64,000 bases of DNA from Bugula neritina (taxonomy: Eukaryota > Animalia > Bryozoa), in assembly GCA_964035545.1 (NCBI GenBank), contig OZ037767.1, forward strand, positions 29,528,628-29,592,627. Reading direction: 5' to 3'. The first letter of the stretch is position 1. Every line of letters starts with the position of its first letter. Positions 54,726 through 64,000 of the stretch are shown here, piece by piece. The notes beneath the pieces were generated by a model. That model had not been told where the DNA came from. It ran no database searches and saw only the letters and a program-made list of their open reading frames with translations. Both the position numbers and the translations under genes were made by a program.

Positions 54726-56052
54726 GCACGCACACACACATACACACACACACTCACACTCACACACAAACACACAAACATACAAATACACACACACACG
54801 CACGCACACACACGCGCACACACACGCACACACGCGCGAACACACACACACATCTTAATATGTATTACTACCTCACTATACATGTTAATCTATTAATGCA
54901 AAAGCTTAATTCAGTGTGTTTAAAAATTTAAATCCTGTATAAAATCAAAAATATTGAATTGTAACCTTAACTTACGGTTGCTCTTTACTATAGTTCTATA
55001 GCACTTAATTTTAATACCAAAGCTCAAAACTTACAATAATATGGTATGTATTATATACTATACAATCATATTATTTTATTGACTTTTATATATCTACAAT
55101 ATAATATAGCATAAAGTGGTATTCTGCCATACATTAACGTTATATGAAAGTGTATAATTTACTTCCTTTAGAGCTCCCAGGTTCAGCATGTTCAGCACAC
55201 CTCTAATACTCGGAGGAATCAGGCACCCGGTAAGTTTCTATTAGTTCTAGGTTTAGTACCTGCAGGTAAAATAAAACTTAGACAACATAATGGGCAATTT
55301 CTACTTGCATTCATAACACTTTTGAAATAGCTTGAGTGTTGTTATAGAAAAACTAGGAGTTATGCTCTTTTATTTAGATAATAGCAACTTTGTGTGGGAT
55401 TGTTTGGTTGGTCAACAGTCTTATGGTGATACGAGGCTATACTCCAAGCCGTTGTTCAGGTACTTTCTGTGTTACTACCCATTTCCTGTTTGCTGTGAGC
55501 TAAATATTTCTTGTAGCAAATTAAAATGTGTTTTAAAATTATAGACTGAAAAATTTACAATAACTATCTGTCAAAGGCTAGAAAAGTGAAATAAAAATTT
55601 AAAGAACCTGTTAAATATTTGAATAGTGGCTCATAAATAAAAAAAGTTACACTAAATTTATAGTGTTGAGTTTTGAAGATTTTATTACAAAAGAAAGCAA
55701 AAGCTATTTAATTATTCATGTATTTAATTGCTTGCATGCATAATTATTTATCTTTGTTGTAAAAAAACTTTATATAAACTAAACAATGCATACTAAATTA
55801 GTTTATTCACTTTAATTTGTTCAAAATGACCTTAAAGCACACAATAAGATAAAGAAAGCTTTAGTTATTAGATCACAGCTGCTCCCTTCCTTTTTTATTT
55901 CAGGGATAGTTTAATGGCATCGTAATATTATATTTGTGATTGAATCAACATGTCATACCTCGAAAAAAAAAACTATCATATATACCGAGTTATATAATGC
56001 ATTTACTTTGAAATGAATTCAGTATACAGTGTCTGTTAATCTGTAGGAGTAG
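53924..56052 (+). CDS. Tentative small single-pass membrane protein (~115 aa, 4 exons)
   Basis: Exons 53924-54139, 54564-54631, 55172-55229 and 56047-56052 join in frame with GT-AG sites; hydrophobic segment [20 protein letters not shown]; no homology recognised. Confidence 0.35.
54676..54852. repeat. Compound (CA)n/(CG)n microsatellite
   Basis: Direct reading. Confidence 0.95.
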
Positions 56053-59000
56053 CTGAAATCAGACCCAGACAGACTTGGATATGGAAGCATTACATCTGTG
56101 AGTGTTGCTGCATGTTCTGCGCCATCTCCGGCAGTCTCGGACTACTAGGCTTTATATAAACGTCTGCTTAGAAGCTTCTAGATTACAAAGCAAGATGCAA
56201 GAAGACAGTAACTAAACCCAATGGCTACTGAAATTATTTTACTAAACAATGCGATATATTTTATCTCATTAAACAAAATATAAACAACACAACTAAATAT
56301 TATAGCACATATTTGTGAAACTTTTTTCTAAACAGCATACGATATTCTACATGAGAGATTATTTGAATAGAAAAAAAACAGCAAACTGCGTGTAACTGAA
56401 AATATTCTATGTCCAAACAGTGGGCTTGATAATCACGTGTATTATGAGACAAAGATGTTATATCTTGTTTACTTCCAACAGTTTTTATGCACAATGATGC
56501 ATGAAATTTACCAATCTGAAACTTATAAAGTAGCAAGATAGGCTACTATAATTGGAGAAAATTGGGACACCTTTGCAATAATTGAAGCAATATTTAACAA
56601 AGCAGTTTGCATATTTGAGAAAAAAATGAATAGAACCAATTTTTTTTAAATAAAAAGCCATTAGACAAGAACTCATTCTTGCTTTTATAAAACTGCATGC
56701 ATAATATTGCAGACTGTTCGTTTGTATTGCAAATAAACGACAATTACTCAAATCTAATTAGATAATTATTGGAAGTTTAATGAAGTATTACTAATTGTAG
56801 TAATTGAAAAGAGATGCTAACCTAGAAATTAATAGCTACCCTGGCTACTGCTGTCTGAACACCAGCCTAGCCACAAGCTCCTGATATACAAAGTCTTGCT
56901 AAATTAAAATGCTAGCCTGAAGTAAAAGCATAAGTTTAATCAAATCACAGCCAGCTTTTTAATTCTGCGTGCTGTGAAAAATTGAGTAGTTGTGACAGCT
57001 GTATTATATTCTACTCATTAGTAAAGATTACTAAAGTCTATATAGAAACCTCAGCTATTATGTGAAGCTAGTAAAATGATGTCAACAGAGTTTCAGTAAA
57101 CTATAGTCTAATGCACTGTGCAGCATGCACAATATTTATGCAGAATCATAGACATGTGTAGATAATGTGCCTTGGAATTATTATATAACTGCAGAAAATA
57201 ATTTCTCTGTTTTCAAATTAAGTTATTGAAATATGAAGAATTTTGTTTACAAATAAATTCCACAAAAAAATGTCAACTATAAAATCAACATAATTATTTT
57301 AAAAACATTAGCCTAAAATGTTCACCTTCCAGTTTAGGCATAAATATGTAACAGTAACAATAGCAACTTGGGCTTAATTTCAATTCAGTAATTAGCTTCA
57401 TTAAGTCAAGGTATGGTTGTATATTTTTTTTAATTCATTATAATTTCAAGTCTTAAAAATAATCCAAGAACCCCCTTAGTATACCATATTTGCTTTATGA
57501 AATATAATGCACTCATATTACAATATTAAACACCTACATGAAGCCTAATGCAATAATTAAGTAATAATCTATTCTAGGTTTTTAGAAAGTTTCATTTCAC
57601 AACAAACAATGTTTATATTTTCAAACTGTGACAAAAGTACTATATATTATACTAACTGGCTCTTGTTTGTTACAAATAGAATTTAAGTAGAATTCAACTA
57701 ACTTTATTTGTTTTTCCTTGTTTATAAGAAAGGTAATTATGCTTATCACCTCATAACGTACAACAAGAGTTTGTTTTGTTTGAAGGTGTATTATATTCTC
57801 ATAATTATGCATTTCATTACATTTGTAATGTTTGAAAAGTTCCGTATTATGGGAGGTGCAACATACTATAATAATGATGTAAATACATTATATTGAGTCA
57901 TTTACTAATGATGCATAAAGAGAAATTATGTAAGAATTGCCAAAACTATTGTTGGTATATGTCAAGGTTTTGGGAAGTTGTAATAAAATGAACGTCATGC
58001 TGGGTTTTGAAACCGTCTTTTGGTTGCAAATTGTGTTGATGTTTTTTATGTGTATTTCAAAATTCTCTTTGTGTTTTCTAGTTTTCCGCCATTTAGTAAG
58101 CATTACTAATGTAGCTGTAGCAAATAACCCATCCACAATCCCAACTAAGAATTTTTTTTTCAAAATTACGGTTTTGTTAATTCTTCAGTCTTCTGCTAAT
58201 ATGTATGTAATTGGAGTGAAACTTTTTAGCCTGTCTGTTATAAAAATATAGCTGTTATAATCATCTGCACAACAAAGAGTTAGATTGGTGAAACTTAGAA
58301 CTAATTAGAAGCCAGTCGTGGCACAGAATTTGACCGAATATTCAATGAGCCGTGTCTCGGTCATTCTTACAGGTGGCACAGTTCTTACGAAGGTCAAGGT
58401 AAAGCACTTTCAGGTAACACCATTAGTCTCCAGTCTGCAGAGTTTTGTTATGAGTCATTGTAGAAATATTTTCACACCAACAGTAGAACAGGGTGACTGG
58501 TGGTTCACCTCACAAACTTTAGATGCTTTCAAAGATATAACAAAATTTTTATATTATGATACATTTATGGCCATAAGCAGAGATAAAGTTTTGGTAAAAG
58601 AGCATATATGTGTGTTATGTACTACAGATAATATACAACATTATAGACAGCTGCGTGTGCGTGTGTAAAGTATCATCATAATTACATATCATGGGTGCAT
58701 AAGTTATTGCTATAGTTATTTGTGCAGGTTGTAAATTAGAACAAATCTTTCTGACTATACTTTTAATAATATAACACTATAACAATAACAAGATTTATAT
58801 TTTGTAAAAACAAATCTTTTAAGAAATTCAAAAACTAGTAAGATTGTGGGTGCTCTATAATATTTTTGCTTTTACATAGGGAAGTATAAATTCCTTGCAT
58901 TTAATTTATGTTACAATTTTCTTTGTAAGAGCAGTTAGGCCTACATATGTGAGGAAAGTTGAAAAGTGTATCAAGATGACCAGGGACAAATGACACAGGA

Positions 59001-59859
59001 GCATTATATTCAATTGTTTAATTCACAGTTATATATCTGCTTATATTAAAAATACAACTTTCTCAACCTATATAGAATATTTATAATGTACAATTTTTAA
59101 CTAAATCAATTAAAAAACCAGGTTGAAACACGTTTTGTAACAAGATCAAATGTTTGCTTGTTTGAATCAGGTTTCAAAAGTGAGCACTTCCAAAGTTTCA
59201 CATAAACGGGTCATGTGCTTTGATCAATAACAAATCTTAGCTACTCTACATACCAATATGGCTGCATATTTCACAGACGGACATTCTCAGTAATTTAGTC
59301 TGACATTGAGGGCTGCACTGGCTGCCAATTAGGGTCCTACTTTAGCAGGTAATGAAGCAAGTTTGCCCTGTCAGCAACGTCAATGATCTTAAAAGAGGGT
59401 TACTCTAAAACAACAGAACTTTGAGCAATGCCGCTTTAATAATTAGATGCCTTCATTAACATGTTTACTCACCCACATGTTTGGAGACCCAACTGGCCAA
59501 TTAAGGTTCAAAGTTAGCATTATGCAACAATAACTCTCGTGCCAAATTATTTCTTTTTGTTGTTCTTGACATGAATTTTGTTGACAGCTATTTAGATGCG
59601 AGACACTCCGAGTACAGTTAATAGAGTTCTGGATGTGGGCAGTTCCTCTTTTAGAGCAATGTTGATCCGACACACTTTTGCATATTTAGCGAAGTAGTAG
59701 ATCATATAAACTTAAATTGATATGTTGATCCAATTTACTATCACTGAGAGAACCCCTGATGGAATGGGTTTTTTTAAGTTGGCTAAGGAATTATTCATAT
59801 ATGGATGCATAGGAGCAATTATGACAGGATGCTCTTCTTAACATCACCAATAGTCTTTA

Positions 59860-59910
59860 CTTGAGTTCGAACCCATGATTATATATAGACTATAGACCAA
59901 GGCTGCTCCC
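59860..59910 (-). mobile_element. Possible tRNA-derived SINE head remnant
   Basis: Minus strand GGGAGCAGCCTTGGTCTA...GGGTTCGAACTC (partial A box plus B box); its start resembles 63081-63095. Confidence 0.3.
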
Positions 59911-61620
59911 ATTAAATTGACATGCATGTTTTAATTGCACTGAGCTATCAACTGTTATATGAATCTGTAAAATATTTGTTTTCAGTTTACATGATAATTT
60001 AAGTTTTATTGCTAGTAAATGACTGTATACTAACTAGTCCATTAGATTTATCATTTTTTAAGTTGTTCATAAGCTGATTTTGCACGACAATTAAATCCAT
60101 TTTATGCCTTCAATTTACATAATTACAGAAAAACCCTAGCATCAGCAGACGTTGTTGAGCTGCAGACGAGTTCACTTGAGTTGATGAGTCATGCTCCTGT
60201 GCTCCTTCTGCCAACCAATAGATGAGCATGTTACATAATTTGCTCCCTCATAAATCTTCCAGATAGATTATCAAAGCTAATCTCACTAATTTTATGTTTA
60301 TTGACTATGACACCCATCTAGTGAAGGAAGAGATTAGTATCAACTCAATCATCTCCCATCTTTTGAAAAAGTAAAAGCATTGCCTTTCTTTTCAAATTTA
60401 TTGGTTCAAGCAAATTCATCATTATTTACCGTTAATGAAGTTGGAATTACTTGCAACCCTTGGCCAATTTTTTGATTACTAAAATGCAACAGCTATGCTT
60501 TTAAGTTCTAAGTTCTATGCTGAGTTGTATAATTGTTTGCTCGTATTGGAGCAACTCATTTAAAAGCAACTCCAGGAATGGTAGCATTAATAAATTTTAA
60601 TGCTTAACTAAAACATTCATGTACAAAAGTTATTGAAAATATTAACAATCGGTTACCAATTTGACAGTTTTAAGCCGGATTTTAAAAAATACTGGTAGTT
60701 TCATAATATAGTTCCCCGCTACAGATAAAGATCATCAAAATATATTTTCTCTAAGTTATATATAGCTATAGTTTCCTCAGTTTTCCTCGAATTATTTTTA
60801 CATGCTTGGCAGGACTCAGTTTTATGGGCTGCAACAGACTAAATTAAGTTTCATGATTTATTACTCTTCAAATTGAAAAACAACAACAGTCACGCACGTG
60901 TAACTTTTACTAAATAGAGAGATGAGTACAGCTGATAGTGTAAAAGCACCTTGCGTGATATTGCTTTGACAATAAATGACATTGCTGTCAACTTACAGGC
61001 AGCAGGGTTTCATAACTTCAAAATTTACAAAGAATAAACATAAAATGAATAATTACTTTAAAAATGATCTACTAATAACTAAATAAATAGGCAGTGACGT
61101 TGTTATATACACGTTATAAAATCATGATGCTGGACAATAAATAAATTGACAGTGCACAAATAATTTATGAATATTTACACTTTACAGAAATGGAATGAAC
61201 AATGGGACTAGTCCTCGACCACAAAAACAGTCATAAATTGACCAAGTTGACTATGAAAAATAAATAAAATAAATAAATACACCAATATTCTATTGGCAGG
61301 CATATAATCGAATTATCTGGCCCAATAATTTATTTGGTAATTTCTTGCAACTAAATTATAAGTAACTTGACTAGTAGAGTTTTTCTTTGGTTTGAAATAT
61401 CACAGGTTTATAGGACTCATTTAGGTACAAGCTGGTACCGTTCATGGACAGGATTATATGGTTAGTTTGAAGTGCGAGCCTCCATATTGAAGACCAATGG
61501 GCCTGTACGAAGGTATGTAACGCACTGTTGGTGAGTCACTTTATACACGCCTCCTTTTAATTACTATTACATCAGCTTCGGCCCTGAAGAATCATTATAC
61601 TTTTGTCTGCTGCAGTTTTT

Positions 61621-61690
61621 GCACTAGTTAAAATCTTCTGCACTAGTTATAATCTTCTGCACTAGTTATAATATTCCTCTGCACTAGTTA
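61621..61690. repeat. 19-22-bp tandem repeat (gcactagttataatcttct, ~4 copies) beginning at the insulin-like gene stop codon
   Basis: Minus-strand unit TAACTAGTGCAGAAGATTA; the first TAA is the stop at 61690-61688. Confidence 0.85.
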
Positions 61691-63000
61691 GCTGCATATC
61701 TCGTCAATAAAGCCGAGAGTGCAGCAGTTTCGGAAACAGTACGTCACGAGCTGATGCATGGGCGTGTCACTCCGCTTCAACCTGGGTTTTCCAAGACTGT
61801 CTGCCATAGCATTTAGTTTCTCTAACTTCTGTATATCTGTAAAAGGTGAACAAATTTCTCATGAGTTTGTTATCTAAGACTTATAGCTCCTCCAACTGAT
61901 AATGCAATATTACATAATTGAATGTAAAATCTGCTATCATATCTATTACATAATAGTGGCAATGTACCCTTTAACATTATAGCACATGAGTTTATTTTAT
62001 TCTAGCTATCTATATATTGAAAACAATATAGTCAAAATATTAAAAAGATATTGCTCATAGTTCTATGTCGCATATTGACATTTATTTCTTCTTTTTAAAA
62101 GTAAAATTTGTGCATCATATGATTGCATTATCTTTCTTTTAGCAAGGCTTGCATTATGTTCACTTATTAAATCAATTTGTGAACAGTTTTATACATTAGA
62201 AATACTCATAATCAACAATTAAACCGTTAATCATACACTATGCATAACATATTTATTGATGAAAACTGCAAAGCAGAATTATCTTTTGTGCTTGTCCAAA
62301 AATAGATGTTAGTTAGCTGTTCCACTACAAATTAATTTGTCTAGAACATCTAAACTTACAATCACTGCCATTGATTTCTAATAGCCTCCTCCGACGCAAA
62401 CAAACACTATTGTTATACAAACAATACTGCACACGTAATTCAGCAAGCTCCATAGCCCCAGATATTTTATTTAAAAGCACTTACTTCATTAGGTATGTGA
62501 ATAATGAACTGAGAAATTCCACCACCTAATCAATTATTTTAATTAAAGTAATTAACTAAACACTGTTATTCGATTCATTTAATCCATTTAGAATCTTCAA
62601 AGCTAAGCATGCAAATCCGTAATACATGCAAGACTTGCATGCTTGCATATAATAGTCTTCAGGCCAAAAACTTAATCTGCAATATTGTAAACTAACCTAA
62701 GAGATATAATATGCAAAAAAACTATTAGCCGTACAATGTTTTATAAATTATATGCATGCTTAGGTTTATGCTTGTAGTTTAACCCAAATAAAATAACTGA
62801 CCTCTGATTGCATTTGTCAAGGGTTGATCTGCAGAACGCTTCTTTCTTCCGCTACACAACGTGAATATTATTCTCTGATACTGTACATTAGAAATATTGC
62901 AGGTCCGCCTTTTAGCTAGAGTAGAGTGTGAAGACAGCACTAGAATGAGTGTGACAGCTAGCAGTGACATCGCTGAAGATAACTTGGTATATGTCGACAT
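61688..63000 (-). CDS. Insulin/relaxin-superfamily prepropeptide (115 aa) with atypical cysteine spacing
   Basis: Exon 62802-63000: signal peptide, B chain (KRRTCNISNVQYQRIIFTLCSG) and RKKR. Phase-1 intron in the C-peptide. Exon 61688-61836: ...RLKR then A chain SDTPMHQLVTYCFRNCCTLGFIDEICS*. 5'UTR intron 63002-63293, as in typical insulin-family genes. Confidence 0.85.
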
Positions 63001-63080
63001 TCTGAAACAAAGTAAACTGTTTTAAATAATCATGCATACTATACTATATAAACACCCCCCCCCCATAAATGAGTGTAGGT

Positions 63081-63114
63081 AGCAGCTGTGGTCTAATGAT
63101 TAGAGCACTGGCCC
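63081..63114 (+). mobile_element. Possible tRNA-derived SINE head remnant (5' half only)
   Basis: AGCAGCTGTGGTCTAATGATTAGAGCACTGGCCC resembles a tRNA 5' half / A box; no T-arm or B box follows. Confidence 0.3.
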
Positions 63115-63461
63115 AGTGGAGATTATACTTGCTGAATAAGTAATTCTTAACTCACATGGAAAACTTTACATCATGGAATAAGAATTTTAACAAAAGTTAG
63201 TTCCTCCACAAATAAGTGTTAAATAATTACAAAAAGAGAGATTCTAAACTGATGTAGCACCATAATAATATCAGGATATAAATATAGACTCACCTGTATG
63301 TTTCTCTGTAAGGTATTATTGCAAACGTCTATAAAGTAACTATATAACCATAGCAATGACGTAAAGGCAGTTCAGCTTTCTGCTTATATCTACTGTAAAA
63401 TAATCCAGAAGCTTCTTCGCATGCTCAGTGAGATAATGCCACTGCTTATAACAGCTACTGG

Positions 63462-63537
63462 TTTATATAGTTAGCTATAGTGTAGCTACACACATCCCTG
63501 CTTCACAACACAGACGAATTACCTGCTACTTGATTGG
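63462..63537 (-). promoter_or_regulatory. Core promoter of the insulin-like gene: TATA box (63469-63462) and CCAAT box (63537-63533)
   Basis: Minus-strand TATATAAA ~170 nt upstream of the first-exon donor CAG|GTGAGT at 63294; CCAAT ~65 nt further upstream. Confidence 0.6.
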
Positions 63538-64000
63538 CTAATGAGAATATTAGAACAAAGTGCTAATTCAGAATTACGAAGATAATTTCAAACATGAGGG
63601 TGTCTCAAATCAAGTGTGAATAAACCTATGAATAGGCAATTACCCCTACACTAACCATACTCCATATCCAAAATGTTGATGATATAAAGGCATAAGGCTT
63701 TTTCTATGTGTTGCTACAAGTTTTGCATAGATGCTTGATTCAAATGAAAACTTTTATTGCATAATATGTAGATTAACTTGTATTGATAATTTATCTTTAA
63801 ACCCAATTCACAACAAACAAACAAAATCGCTGTAGCATTTACTAGCATTTGATATTCTGGTACATGAATTGTATAGAGTTATGCTAACCAAACTTTCGTA
63901 GTTACAGGCCTATTACTATAAATAGCCTAATGTATACGGTCAGCCATATTGATGGAGCATGCTAGCTTCAAAGAACACAAATCAGAATGACAGAGCTATG

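Noticed and set aside
54579-54896. CVCV / THTH ORFs
   Set aside because: (CA)n microsatellite
58318-58668. 116-aa plus-strand ORF
   Set aside because: No recognisable motif and no consistent exon chain
62360-62527. Two exon-like segments with GTAAGT donors in the insulin-like gene intron
   Set aside because: Inclusion introduces stops or frameshifts; the direct 62802-61836 join is in frame
63081-63114. Functional tRNA gene
   Set aside because: Only a 5' half-like sequence; no T-arm or acceptor stem partner

Overview
AT-rich, intron-containing eukaryotic DNA from a compact invertebrate genome. It is probably a protostome/lophotrochozoan, since the F-spondin carries a Kunitz domain; the taxon is inference. 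Splice sites were read by hand to give six confident gene models and one tentative one: (1) an orphan-like, largely disordered ~930-aa protein (minus, 243-13183; 20 coding exons including an 18-nt microexon, plus a large alternative terminal exon); (2) an ankyrin-repeat + C2-domain protein (plus, 14512-19753), head-to-head with gene 1; (3) F-spondin/spondin-1 (minus, 21267-37702); (4) PIF1 helicase (minus, 39173-45227); (5) a C6orf118-like protein (plus, 46490-52407), head-to-head with PIF1; (6) a tentative small single-pass membrane protein (plus, 53924-56052); (7) an insulin-superfamily prepropeptide (minus, 61688-63000). Three signals stand out. The insulin-like peptide has a rearranged cysteine framework (A chain C-x3-CC-x8-C, B chain C-x14-C). 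Many intronic minisatellites begin at an exon boundary and copy the splice signal or stop codon itself. Degenerate 3/6-bp periodic tracts sit near the inferred 5' ends of four genes. No rRNA, intact tRNA, CRISPR array or autonomous transposon was seen. Exon coordinates are manual reads and may be off by a few bases.
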